Source: a virus
UHGV virus genome: UHGV-0259231
Length of the DNA: 28,453 bases
Reading direction: 5' to 3' (one strand)
Shown here: in pieces, positions 1 through 9,102 of the stretch
Layout: every line of letters begins with the position of its first letter
How positions within the stretch are numbered: the first letter of the stretch is position 1
Program-made: the position numbers and the translations under genes
Notes under the pieces: model-generated
Told to the model about the DNA's origin: nothing
Seen by the model: only the letters and a program-made list of their open reading frames with translations
Database searches by the model: none

Positions 1-569
1 GTCGATCCCCTGACAAGGAAATGTGAACCATGGACATCAACGCGTCATAAATGTTTACGCAAGTGCACAATGCACCCTTTCCACTATCAACAAGGAGGAG
101 CAGAAACTGTGTAAATCGTACAATGGTAAGACTTATCAAAAATACAGGTTAATTTTGGTATTTAAACCTTTTTTACTTGTTAGTATGATACAAAGGCTTT
201 CAAAAAAGCTGGGAAATTCAACAACTCTTGGAAATTATGGACTTTGTCCCGCGGCTTTAATCTGACGGCCGCGTTCCTTTTTTGACTCAATTATTGACCC
301 CTTCTCTACGCAACTTCAGTTCCCACCACCAACTTTGCGGCAGTTTCATAGGATGAATGTCTAAAAGAATAATGGTGACCGATAAGAAAACGACTGAATA
401 ACTGCACATTTTCGCTCGAAAGCTTCCTGTCAGATCCATAGCGGATCAAGTGCTGAATGTCACAGTATCGAACAGAAAACAGTGACGATCTAACCCTTCA
501 AGAATATTCTACGATTGTTCTGTTTAGGAAAAGCAAGGCGGGAAGTCAGGAGATAAGTCATTGATAAAG

Positions 570-631
570 TGGCGGAGAGAGGGGGATTTGAACCCCCGGT
601 AGAGTTGCCCCTACTCCGGTTTTCGAGACCG
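570..631 (-). other. attR core: 3'-terminal 62 nt of a tRNA-Ser(CGA) gene (serU-like), lacking the 5' half
   Basis: Minus-strand reading gives CGGTCTCGAAAACCGGAGTAGGGGCAACTCTACCGGGGGTTCAAATCCCCCTCTCTCCGCCA: anticodon loop with CGA, long class-II variable arm, T-arm and CCA end. The sequence expected for the D-arm and 5' acceptor is absent after position 631. Confidence 0.7.
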
Positions 632-847
632 ATGATACAGAGTCGAAAAATCAAAGAGTTAAAAACTTTTCTTGGAATAAATGTCTTAAAATCGTACACG
701 AAAAATCAATAAATTACATAACATTAAAGAAGAATATTCCAAGCCTTCTTGAGGCCACCACCTGTTTTCAGGTGTCATTCAGACGTGATTTACCCCAGAT
801 TGGGTAAGCACGCTTTTTTTCTCAGCTTATTCCGTTTTGCCTGTGTG

Positions 848-875
848 TTGAATAATTCCACTGCAGTTATATAAA
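848..875 (+). promoter_or_regulatory. Candidate sigma70 promoter on the plus strand (TTGAAT, 16-bp spacer, TATAAA)
   Basis: Hexamers at 848-853 and 870-875. The region is AT-rich, so a chance match is possible. Confidence 0.2.
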
Positions 876-929
876 ATCGGTAACGGCTGGAAATCATTCA
901 ATACTCGCACTATCGAAAGTTAACCAGCC

Positions 930-970
930 AGCCGCAGTATCCTATCATGACAAGTTACTGCGGCTTTTTA
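930..970 (+). terminator. Plus-strand intrinsic terminator (10-bp stem AGCCGCAGTA/TACTGCGGCT, 16-nt loop, T-run)
   Basis: Perfect inverted repeat 930-939 / 956-965 followed by TTTTTACTTTTTATATTT on the plus strand. It is convergent with the minus-strand gene that ends at 981. Confidence 0.4.
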
Positions 971-980
971 CTTTTTATAT

Positions 981-1268
981 TTAACGGATCAACATCCAGA
1001 TCAGCAGACACGCCACCACCGGCACAGCAAAATCCATCAGGCTTGCCACATCCCACACGCGCGGATCAAAACCGCCCCACCACGGCATGTTAATCCTCTT
1101 GCCATGCCCAAACATTTCAATCCAGCGATATTCTGCCTGGGTGTGTTCACGCGCAATGAAGAACGTACAACCGGCTATCGCCCCGTAAGCCCAGTTCCCG
1201 GTAAAAAGACCAATCAGTAGCTGCGCAGCCACAGCACAAAGCGCATGAAGGAAAGGTGTTATATCCAT
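981..1268 (-). CDS. Small hydrophobic (multi-pass membrane) protein of unknown function, about 95 aa
   Basis: ORF with ATG at 1268 (alternative ATG at 1274; the ORF-track start at 1283 is TTG). An AGGA Shine-Dalgarno lies about 6 nt upstream. The translation has two to three hydrophobic stretches. Confidence 0.5.
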   Translation of the reverse strand: MDITPFLHALCAVAAQLLIGLFTGNWAYGAIAGCTFFIAREHTQAEYRWIEMFGHGKRINMPWWGGFDPRVWDVASLMDFAVPVVACLLIWMLIR

Positions 1269-1280
1269 TTTCATCCTACC

Positions 1281-1304
1281 CAATAAAACGGGGCGCTCGG
1301 CCCC
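1281..1304 (-). terminator. Intrinsic terminator downstream of the distal fibre gene
   Basis: GGGGC/GCCCC stem with a 5-nt loop, followed on the minus strand by GTTTTATT. Confidence 0.45.
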
Positions 1305-1310
1305 TTGATA

Positions 1311-2351
1311 TTATTTAGACGCAAGCGCCGCCTCAATTGCAGATAATCTTTGTCTTAATTCTGCGTTTTCTTCTTCCAGTGCTGTTATTCTGTCGTCTGA
1401 CTCTCTGGCTACCTGAACAAGCAAGCCAGTAACACCAGAATAATCTACTGTGTAATAACGTTCACCTTCTTCACCTTCCGATCCGCTTGCACCGTCCTGA
1501 TATTTCATTGCGGAACCTACAACTTCTGGGATTGCTTCCAGAGCTTCCTGTGCAATGACACCAGCATAGGGCATACCGTTTTCTTTAAGCGTGTATGTAT
1601 AGCCGTTCATTTTACGGATGCGGTCGGTTGCATTATCGATCACCTGAATGTTGTCTTTCAGATCCCGGTCGGAATGCTGGTTAAATGCGGTGGCATGACA
1701 TGCACCATTAACGCTTAACATATAGGTGTTATCGGTATTTTTCTGCGCATAGAACATATAAGCGCCACCATCAGCACCAACTTCATATACAACCGGACGG
1801 GTAGAGTTACCCCACAAACTAGTAGTAGCGCCAGAATGAGCGGTTCCCTGTGTGTTGATTGTCATGGTTGACCCATGATTGGCATATTTGATTTGTAATG
1901 TGTCTGTGCAGTCAAACTTAATAAGCGCGTTACTTCCCCGCACACCATACGACATGAGACAGTTCCCCATCTTAAGGTAACCATCACTGCCTGGAAAAAT
2001 TAATGTTCCACCGTAAAGATCGCTAAAATCCCAAAAGATACCTTTTGTTCCATTGTGTGTGACAATCCTTGTCATTGTATCTTTTGTACCGTCAATATTT
2101 TTTCTAGTGTACATCTCACTATAAGCGTTTTCGGTTTCTCCTGTCTTATTTGACAAGTGAATCTTACCGCTAAATATAGTTCCAGTGGTCGGCAATGTCT
2201 TTTGATCATAGATTACATTGCAATAACTATTCCATGTTGTTTTATTGTCTACATATGATTTTGTTGCGTAGCTTCCTTGATCGTTTTTTAATTTGCTAAC
2301 GTCGGATTTTAGCGTTTTGATGTCTTCAGGAATTACTGTCGATGTAGCCAT
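1311..2351 (-). CDS. Tail fibre / receptor-binding protein with C-terminal intramolecular chaperone (peptidase S74-type) domain
   Basis: The C-terminal 110 aa (SDRDLKDNIQVI ... GVIAQEALEAIPEVV ... YYTVDYSGVTGLLVQVARE ... coiled coil) fit the auto-cleaving chaperone domain of endosialidase/L-shaped tail fibres. The N-terminal 230 aa are Ser/Thr/Gly/Asn-rich and beta-rich, and the DNA is visibly AT-rich. GGAAG Shine-Dalgarno upstream. Confidence 0.6.
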   Translation of the reverse strand: MATSTVIPEDIKTLKSDVSKLKNDQGSYATKSYVDNKTTWNSYCNVIYDQKTLPTTGTIFSGKIHLSNKTGETENAYSEMYTRKNIDGTKDTMTRIVTHNGTKGIFWDFSDLYGGTLIFPGSDGYLKMGNCLMSYGVRGSNALIKFDCTDTLQIKYANHGSTMTINTQGTAHSGATTSLWGNSTRPVVYEVGADGGAYMFYAQKNTDNTYMLSVNGACHATAFNQHSDRDLKDNIQVIDNATDRIRKMNGYTYTLKENGMPYAGVIAQEALEAIPEVVGSAMKYQDGASGSEGEEGERYYTVDYSGVTGLLVQVARESDDRITALEEENAELRQRLSAIEAALASK

Positions 2352-2360
2352 TTTTCTTCC

Positions 2361-2642
2361 TCACATCCAGCCACGAAGTTGATGCTCAACAGCAACCACG
2401 TATTCATCGAATATTGACGATTTTTTTGCATCATTAATGATGCGCACGTTTACAAAATATCCGTCTTCCTTAACACATACCGGCTCGCCATCTTCGGTAA
2501 GTTCTCCGGTTTCTTTGTACACGTTACCTATCACGTCAATAAGAATATCATCCTGCATCGACTCGTCATCATAATAGCCGGCACTCTCCATAAAGGCCGA
2601 AAAGTCGGCCCTGTCGGCAAATTTGAGTGTTAAATCTTTCAT
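2361..2642 (-). CDS. Acidic 93-aa hypothetical protein, translationally coupled to stf (possible fibre assembly factor)
   Basis: Its ATG at 2642 shares one nucleotide with the Stf stop codon (TAATG), and it sits 9 nt upstream of the next fibre gene. No family recognised. Confidence 0.5.
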   Translation of the reverse strand: MKDLTLKFADRADFSAFMESAGYYDDESMQDDILIDVIGNVYKETGELTEDGEPVCVKEDGYFVNVRIINDAKKSSIFDEYVVAVEHQLRGWM

Positions 2643-4831
2643 TAGATTGACTCCCCCACCTGAGCATCAGTCAATGCCTTGTGCCATATTCTGAAATTCC
2701 TGACATGACCAAATAAATGACGCAACCCGGCTGTAGTCTGGCCTCCAATACGGATAATTGCGGTGTTCTGAATATAGGACCATGTGGCTTTCTTTTCGCT
2801 GGATATACGCCCGTTACTTACTGAGCACGTAGACTGATCTGACTTTACACGCATCCCCATAACCATTTTTTCAAGCGATGCGTTTTCGTTTACCCGTCTG
2901 TTAGCCAAACCTATATCGCAATAAGGAAATCCGTCGTAATCTGTTGAACGACCGAAGCCAAGAATAATAGCCGCTCCGGTTTGATGACCGCCGGTATCAA
3001 AAACACGCGGTGCTGCATTTGGCGTTTTATACCAGTTCTTATGTACCTCACAAAGAACTGTAAAAGGAAGATTATAAAGGTTATTCTTGATTGGGACTGT
3101 CACCATATCGCTTGCGCGAGTGCTTGCAATTATATCAGTTACAATAAATGACGAAGCACTTGATCCACCTTCCACTTGTGGAGTTGCGATATCCAGATAG
3201 TCTCCAGATGCTGTGCCTGAACCTTTTACTGGAGCATATTGAACCATCGCACCAATCATGCTCTCTGTATCTAGTGCATTAATTGTAGCCTGATAGAAAA
3301 TCCAACCAGTAGCCTCATCTTTTACAGCCTTTGCAATAATACGATTTGCTGCACCACCAGTCTTATCAATTACAAGTGTTGATAAATTGAGGTAAGCATC
3401 TCCCAAAAAAGTGTAAGTAGAACCATCATGATGTTCAAATCTTAAACGACACCTTATATTTTCAACATCACTTCTGACACGGCATGAAATGGTCACATAT
3501 TTTTCATCACCTGTGACATCAAATCCTTTACTGCCAGAAACCGTTACGATATTAATCGCACTTGTCTGATCAATAAGAGTATCTTTTACAGTAAATCTCC
3601 CATAAGTAAAATTAAAAGAATCCGTGGATATTTCTGTGAGTTCCAGATTGCCTGACTTATTCCATTTAGATGGATTTGTTGAATTAAGCAGAAGATTAGT
3701 TCTTTGCCCCTCAATAAGCAGGCCATCACGTTCAAATCGCGGCTCGTCAATGGCAGCCTCTGTCAGTACACCAGATTTATTAATATAGGTTGCTTTCGAT
3801 GCGCGTTTAAACTTAACAACCTTGTCACCAGGCATCGTTATTTCGTCGTCGCCAATAACAATCTTTTTATATGATGGCGAAAAGCCCGTAATCATATCCA
3901 GTGAATCGTTAAACGGTATCCACACATCGGGAAGCGGCTGCAAAACTTGTTTATACGGCTCCGCAGCCTGGCTTGCATACTCTCTGGCTGCGTCTTCACT
4001 TGCTTTTGCAGCCGTCTGGCTTGCAGCGGATGCTTTCGCCGAGTTAGCCGCCGCAGTCTCGCTCGCCTTTGCGTTGGTTTCACTGGTTTTTGCAGCTTTT
4101 TGACTGTTGGCTGATGCAGTGGCAGAAGAAGCCGCCGCACTTGCAGAACCAGCTGCGGCACTCTCGCTTTGGGCTGCAGCATCCTGACTGTTTTTCGCCG
4201 CAGTTTCACTGGCTTTGGCATTCGTTTCGCTGGTCTTCGCTGCCGTCTGGCTGGACTTTGCGTTGGTTTCGCTCGTCTTTGCGGCTGTCTCGCTGTTTTT
4301 CGCGTTGGTTTCTGATTTTTTGGCTGCTGTCGCGGAGTTTGCCGATGCAGTCTGTGAGGTCGCTGCCGCCTGTGCGCTGTTAGCTGCATTCGTTTCTGAG
4401 GTTTTCGCCGCGTTCTTCGATGATGCCGCTGCAGTTTCGGATTTCTTTGCCGCCGCTGCGCTCTGAGAGGCGGCTTCGGCGTTGCGTGCCGCTTCTTCCA
4501 CCATTGCCTCAAAACGACGCAATGCCTCCGGCATGACATCATCTTCCGTCATGGCACCGAGAAAATCATTCAGCGTACCTGGTCTGGAACCTTCATAGAC
4601 GGTAATGGTCCCGGCATGTGAAGGCGGAAAACCTTCAACCAGCAGGGTGACGCTGTACTGGCCATACTCAACATCCATGCTGTAACGTCCGGCTTCATCC
4701 GGATTTTCAGAAGCCACCGTGTTCACCAGTACCGTGGTGCTGTTACGCTTTGCCTTCAGTTGAATAGTGCAGTTCTGTATTGGTTTTCCCGCACCATCTT
4801 TCAGCACACCTGAGATTTTTACTGCTGCCAT
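2642..4831 (-). CDS. stf: Side tail fibre protein Stf (lambda-like N-terminus, Ala/Ser-rich repeats, distinct C-terminal receptor-binding domain)
   Basis: The N-terminal 110 aa (MAAVKISGVLKDGAGKPIQNCTIQLKAKRNSTT...) are near-identical to lambda Stf as remembered. A central AAKTSETNAK-type repeat region follows. The C-terminal 430 aa are unrelated to lambda and end in a ...RNFRIWHKALTDAQV motif resembling LamG/ConA-like jelly-roll domains. ATG at 4831 has a GGAG Shine-Dalgarno; the ORF-track start at 4837 is GTG. Confidence 0.8.
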   Translation of the reverse strand: MAAVKISGVLKDGAGKPIQNCTIQLKAKRNSTTVLVNTVASENPDEAGRYSMDVEYGQYSVTLLVEGFPPSHAGTITVYEGSRPGTLNDFLGAMTEDDVMPEALRRFEAMVEEAARNAEAASQSAAAAKKSETAAASSKNAAKTSETNAANSAQAAATSQTASANSATAAKKSETNAKNSETAAKTSETNAKSSQTAAKTSETNAKASETAAKNSQDAAAQSESAAAGSASAAASSATASANSQKAAKTSETNAKASETAAANSAKASAASQTAAKASEDAAREYASQAAEPYKQVLQPLPDVWIPFNDSLDMITGFSPSYKKIVIGDDEITMPGDKVVKFKRASKATYINKSGVLTEAAIDEPRFERDGLLIEGQRTNLLLNSTNPSKWNKSGNLELTEISTDSFNFTYGRFTVKDTLIDQTSAINIVTVSGSKGFDVTGDEKYVTISCRVRSDVENIRCRLRFEHHDGSTYTFLGDAYLNLSTLVIDKTGGAANRIIAKAVKDEATGWIFYQATINALDTESMIGAMVQYAPVKGSGTASGDYLDIATPQVEGGSSASSFIVTDIIASTRASDMVTVPIKNNLYNLPFTVLCEVHKNWYKTPNAAPRVFDTGGHQTGAAIILGFGRSTDYDGFPYCDIGLANRRVNENASLEKMVMGMRVKSDQSTCSVSNGRISSEKKATWSYIQNTAIIRIGGQTTAGLRHLFGHVRNFRIWHKALTDAQVGESI
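3982..4480 (-). repeat. Coding tandem repeat array (about 33-nt units encoding AAKTSETNAKxS motifs) inside stf
   Basis: Repeated GCnnnnAAAACCAGCGAAACnAAnGC-like units are visible on the coding strand. They generate the overlapping alternative-frame ORFs at 3822-4542. Confidence 0.7.
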
Positions 4832-4840
4832 ATCCACTCC

Positions 4841-4869
4841 ACAAAAAAGCCCGCCTGAACCGGCGGGCT
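4841..4869 (-). terminator. Intrinsic terminator downstream of lom
   Basis: 8-bp stem AGCCCGCC/GGCGGGCT with a 6-nt loop, followed on the minus strand by TTTTTTGT. It lies just upstream of the stf Shine-Dalgarno. Confidence 0.6.
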
Positions 4870-4895
4870 GTCATAACACTGTGTTACCTGGCTAA

Positions 4896-5495
4896 TCAGA
4901 ATTTATAACCGACACCCACGATGAAACCGTCAGTGCGCCAGTCACCACTGCCGGAGCCTTCATAAGCAATATCAATGGCCACGGATTCGGTCGGGTTAAA
5001 CTGCACGCCAGCTCCCCACGCCAGAGACGTGTTGCTGTGGCGACCGTCATCACTTCCGGTCAGCACATCGTGCGTTTTCCCCTTGTTGTCAGTTACGCGG
5101 AGATAATCCCCGGAGAACGTCGAAACACGGCTGTAAGCCACACCTGCCATCGCATAAGCACTGAACCATTCATTCACGCGTACAGATGGCCCCGCCATCA
5201 TGCTGAACCAGCGGTTACGCACTGAATCTTCATGCCAGCGGGTATCGCTGTAATGCGTTTTTTGCTCATCTTTGGCATTGGCATAACTGAATGACGTCAC
5301 CAGCCCCAGCGTGTCCGTAAATTCATAACGGTATTTCACGTTAATGCCCTTCAGGTCATCACTGCCTGGCATATCAGTATGGGTCTGAAGATACCCGGCG
5401 CTTAGTGTGGACTGATGCTCTGCTGCGCTCGCTGGCGTACCAGCGGCAACCAGCCAGACTACTGCGGACAGAATAACAGCACATAATTTACGCAT
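4896..5495 (-). CDS. lom: Lom outer-membrane protein (Ail/Lom family) with signal peptide
   Basis: Translation is near-identical to lambda Lom as remembered (…STLSAGY…GINVKYRYEFTDTLGLVTSFSY … ends GFIVGVGYKF). N-terminal signal peptide present. Confidence 0.9.
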   Translation of the reverse strand: MRKLCAVILSAVVWLVAAGTPASAAEHQSTLSAGYLQTHTDMPGSDDLKGINVKYRYEFTDTLGLVTSFSYANAKDEQKTHYSDTRWHEDSVRNRWFSMMAGPSVRVNEWFSAYAMAGVAYSRVSTFSGDYLRVTDNKGKTHDVLTGSDDGRHSNTSLAWGAGVQFNPTESVAIDIAYEGSGSGDWRTDGFIVGVGYKF

Positions 5496-5516
5496 AATTA
5501 CCTCTCGCTTTTCTGC

Positions 5517-5543
5517 AATAAAAAAGGCGTCATTTCTGACGCC
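5517..5543 (-). terminator. Intrinsic terminator downstream of J
   Basis: GGCGTCA/TGACGCC stem with a 4-nt loop, followed on the minus strand by TTTTTTATT. Confidence 0.55.
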
Positions 5544-5562
5544 CGTATTGGGGTTATAAAAT

Positions 5563-8500
5563 TCAGCTGATACTGATGCCTGCGGTGGCTTTCTTCATCA
5601 CCACAACCAGCAAATCGCTGATACTTGCTGTGGGATACCAGTCATTTACCAGCCATGCTGACACCGAAAACTCCAGCGTCATGTGACCGTGACCGGCAGG
5701 CATATCAATAACGCCACTGTAAATCAGCGTATTATCCAGCGCGGTACGGTTATAAATTTCAGCACCGTTTTTCCGCACTATCAGACGGCATGAGGAGTAA
5801 ATATCAGTATGCTCTCTCTCATGCTTAGCGCCGCTGAATGCCACCGCCGGAATAACAATCTGCCGGTCAAACGGCTGATCGTCATAAATCCTGACGGTAA
5901 TGGTCCCTGATGGCCAGCGTTCCGGTGCACGGGAGTCCCGGGGGAAAGCTTTGCCCACTGTTTTAACGAGATCGCCTTCAATCTGGTTCGCGGACAGTTT
6001 TCCCAGAACCCGGCAGTTCTCGTTAATCGTGACGTTGTTGAGCGTCCCGGAGTTCGCATTCACGTTACCGCTGATATCGGCATTTTTCGCCGTCAGCCGC
6101 CCGTCCGGTGTCAGGGAAAATGCCGGAGGATTACCGCCGCTGGTAATGGTGGGAGCCGTCAGATATTTCAGGAACACTTCGTTCATGAATATCTGATCGC
6201 CCTGACCAACAAACATCGGCTTTGTGTTGCCATTCGCAGGATTAACCATCGCAATCCTGTCCGCCGCCAGCAGCACCTGACTCTGCATGCCGTCAGGGGT
6301 ATTCTCAATACCGGCACCAATACCCGCGATATAAAGGCGTCCGTCCTGCATCTGCTGCAGCTTCACAGCCCACATGCTGTTCAGGTTATTATTTGTATCA
6401 ACCTGAACCTTCTGTATCTGCTGAATTGCCGCACTCTGGTCTTCCAGTTTCTTATTGACGGTCTGCGTGACTTCATTGCTGACATCCGTAATGGACGTCC
6501 TGATTTCAGCCAGGTCAGGCGCAAGCTGACCGTTATCAATCTGCGTCCACAGCTCCTGAGCCAGATGGGTTTTCCCTATCTCGCCTTTGAAAAAATCCAG
6601 ATAGCCGGATGCATCATCACTCGGCTGGCTAACAGCCTCCACGAATGCCGATTTGCCAACGGTGTTCACACTGCGGATATAAAAGTAATAATCATGGCCC
6701 GGTTTGATATTGATACTGGCGGCTATCCAGTACAGCCCCGTGCCAAGGTAGCGGGCTGTGGTTTCAACCTGCCTGATATCGGTAATCCGCGTTTCCGAGA
6801 ACCAGAACTCAAATTGTACCGTCGGATCATAAACCGCAAGATGCGGCGTGGCGGTTATCTGAAAATAGCCCGGTGTCAGCTCAATCCGAGACGGCGCTGC
6901 CGGTGCGGCAATCCGGAACGATACCGATGCCGGCTCGCCCTGCTGTCCCCACGCATTTACAGCCCGGACAGTCAGCCTGTAGTTCCCCAGCGCCAGTTGC
7001 GTGAAGCGGTATGTGGTTTCCGTCGTCCGGGCCGTGCTGACCAGCCGCTCACTGCCGTCATCCGCTGTTACGGTCAGACGGAGCAGGAAGCTCACGCCCT
7101 TCACCACCTTCGGCGTGTCCCAGCGCGCCAGCACCTGATATTCCCCGCTGTCTGCGGTGACTTCGGCGGTCAGGTGCTGCACCGCTGGCGGCGTGACACC
7201 ATTCACCGTGCCGCTCTGGTCGCCGTCAAAGTGCGCCCCGTTATCCACGATGGCCTCTTTTTCCGGTACATGCTGCACGGCAGTGATGGCATACGTGCCG
7301 TCATCGTTCTCACGGATACTCACACAGCGGAACAGGCGCTGGCGCAACGTCGGCAACTTCAGCCCCCACACGCTGTATTCAGCAACGCCGTCAGGAACCC
7401 GGCTCACTTTCACCTTCACGCCGTCGGTGACGGACTGAACCTCCACGCTGACCGGATTGCCATTTCCGTCAACCAGGCTTATCAGCGTGGTGCCGGAGGA
7501 TGGCAGCGTGATTTCACGGTCGAGCGTCAGCGTCCGGGTCTGGCTGTTCACCGCCAGCACGCGACCACCGGTGCTGATACCGGCATAGTCATCATCGCAG
7601 ATTTCAATGACATCGCCCGGCACATGGCGAAGCCCTTCAGCACCCACGCTGAAGTCCACGGTCTGCGTTTCCAGCAGCTCCGTTTTAATCAGCCACAGCC
7701 CGGCTCGGTGTGCCTGCCCCCGGCTGGTACAGCCAAAGGCATCCATTTTCGTGACGTTACGACCGTAACGGGCAATGGCCTGCGTATCCTCCACAAGCTC
7801 TGTCGCCGTCTCCCAGCCGTTATTCGGGTCAATCCAGTTCACCTCAACGGCATTATGGCGGTCCTTCAGGGCGCTGAAGCTGTAGCGGAACGGCGCACCA
7901 TCATCCGGCATCACCACATTACTGCGGTTATAGGTCCACACCTTATCTGATGGCCGGTCCTGCACGAACGTCAGCGTCTGCCCGTTCCATACCGGCATAC
8001 AGCGCATCGCCGAGCAGAAATCACTGAGCACATCCCACGCCTTGCGCTGTGTGGTCAGGTACGCATTACAGGTGATGCGCGGCTCCGTGCCGCCAAAGCC
8101 GTCCGGCACTGACTGGTCGCAGTACTGGCCGATGACATACAGCGCCCATTTATCCACATCCGCCGCACCAAGACGTTTCCCCATGCCGTAGCGCGGATGG
8201 GTCAGCATATCCCACAGACACCAGGCCATGTTGTTGCTGTATGCCGGTTTAAACGTTCCGTCCCAGATACCGCTGTATTGCCGCGTCTGCGGGTTATAAT
8301 TCGACGGCACCTGCAGAATACGCCCGCGCAGATGATAATTACGGCTCACCTGCTGGCTGCCGAACTGCTCCGAGTCCACCTGCACGCCGACCAGTGCCGT
8401 GTTCGGGTAGCACTGTTTCACATCGATGATTTCGGTGTATGACGACCAGAGCGTTTTGTTCTGCAGCTGGTCTGTGGTGCTGTCCGGCGTCATCCTGCGC

Positions 8501-9042
8501 ATCCGTATATTGAACGGGCGCGGCGGCAGGTTACCCACCACCACCGAGGCCAGATACTGCGAGGTGGTTTTGCCCTTAATGGTGATGTCTTTTTCCGTCA
8601 CCCAGCCACCATTACGCTGTATCTGAACCAGCAGGCGGACTTCCGACGGATTCCTGTCCCCCTTTGAGGTGGTTTCCACCAGTGCCTGCACGCCGAAGGT
8701 AAAACGCAGTCGGTCAATGTTTGCCGACGTGATGGTCCGGGTGATCGGCGTGTCGTATTTCACTTCCGTACCCAGCACCGTCTCGGAGCCGGAGGATTCA
8801 AATCCCTCCGGCGGTGTCTGCTCCTGCTCACCGGCCCGGAACACCACCGTGACGCCGGAGATGTTGGTATTCCCCTCACTGTCCAGCACTGGCGTACTGT
8901 TCAGCAGCACGCTTTTTAATCCATCCACCGGACCTTCAATCGGCCCTTCGCTGATGGCATCAATCACACTCAGCAGTTGCGTGGATTTCAGGTTGTCCTT
9001 CGCTTCGCGCGGGGTATGCCCCTTACTGCTGCCTTTACCCAT
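5563..9042 (-). CDS. J: Tail tip / host specificity protein J (central tail fibre)
   Basis: 1159 aa. The N-terminus [45 protein letters not shown] and most of the length match lambda gpJ as remembered; the C-terminal receptor-binding region diverges. Confidence 0.93.
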   Translation of the reverse strand: MGKGSSKGHTPREAKDNLKSTQLLSVIDAISEGPIEGPVDGLKSVLLNSTPVLDSEGNTNISGVTVVFRAGEQEQTPPEGFESSGSETVLGTEVKYDTPITRTITSANIDRLRFTFGVQALVETTSKGDRNPSEVRLLVQIQRNGGWVTEKDITIKGKTTSQYLASVVVGNLPPRPFNIRMRRMTPDSTTDQLQNKTLWSSYTEIIDVKQCYPNTALVGVQVDSEQFGSQQVSRNYHLRGRILQVPSNYNPQTRQYSGIWDGTFKPAYSNNMAWCLWDMLTHPRYGMGKRLGAADVDKWALYVIGQYCDQSVPDGFGGTEPRITCNAYLTTQRKAWDVLSDFCSAMRCMPVWNGQTLTFVQDRPSDKVWTYNRSNVVMPDDGAPFRYSFSALKDRHNAVEVNWIDPNNGWETATELVEDTQAIARYGRNVTKMDAFGCTSRGQAHRAGLWLIKTELLETQTVDFSVGAEGLRHVPGDVIEICDDDYAGISTGGRVLAVNSQTRTLTLDREITLPSSGTTLISLVDGNGNPVSVEVQSVTDGVKVKVSRVPDGVAEYSVWGLKLPTLRQRLFRCVSIRENDDGTYAITAVQHVPEKEAIVDNGAHFDGDQSGTVNGVTPPAVQHLTAEVTADSGEYQVLARWDTPKVVKGVSFLLRLTVTADDGSERLVSTARTTETTYRFTQLALGNYRLTVRAVNAWGQQGEPASVSFRIAAPAAPSRIELTPGYFQITATPHLAVYDPTVQFEFWFSETRITDIRQVETTARYLGTGLYWIAASINIKPGHDYYFYIRSVNTVGKSAFVEAVSQPSDDASGYLDFFKGEIGKTHLAQELWTQIDNGQLAPDLAEIRTSITDVSNEVTQTVNKKLEDQSAAIQQIQKVQVDTNNNLNSMWAVKLQQMQDGRLYIAGIGAGIENTPDGMQSQVLLAADRIAMVNPANGNTKPMFVGQGDQIFMNEVFLKYLTAPTITSGGNPPAFSLTPDGRLTAKNADISGNVNANSGTLNNVTINENCRVLGKLSANQIEGDLVKTVGKAFPRDSRAPERWPSGTITVRIYDDQPFDRQIVIPAVAFSGAKHEREHTDIYSSCRLIVRKNGAEIYNRTALDNTLIYSGVIDMPAGHGHMTLEFSVSAWLVNDWYPTASISDLLVVVMKKATAGISIS

Positions 9043-9102
9043 TCGTCATGCTCCATAAACGATAAAACCGCCCGGAGGCGGTTTCACATAAAACGTTTTT
9101 CA

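Noticed and set aside
23-265. 80-aa plus-strand ORF in the left flank
   Set aside because: No Shine-Dalgarno, low-complexity translation, and it lies in AT-rich presumed intergenic host flank.
570-631. Intact tRNA-Ser gene
   Set aside because: Only the 3' 62 nt are present; the adjacent sequence does not encode the D-arm or 5' acceptor strand, so this is an att core remnant and not a functional tRNA.
3822-4542. Overlapping ORFs (216 aa Arg/Gln/Lys-rich on minus strand; 93, 104 and 83 aa on plus strand) within stf
   Set aside because: They are alternative-frame or antisense readings of the stf tandem repeat array, which keeps frames open by repetition. Composition is low-complexity and the real frame is fixed by the lambda-like Stf N-terminus.
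6565-7950. 461-aa plus-strand ORF antisense to J
   Set aside because: It lies wholly inside and opposite the highly conserved J gene, is Arg/His/Pro-rich in the manner of antisense reads of GC-rich coding DNA, and has no Shine-Dalgarno or recognisable domain.
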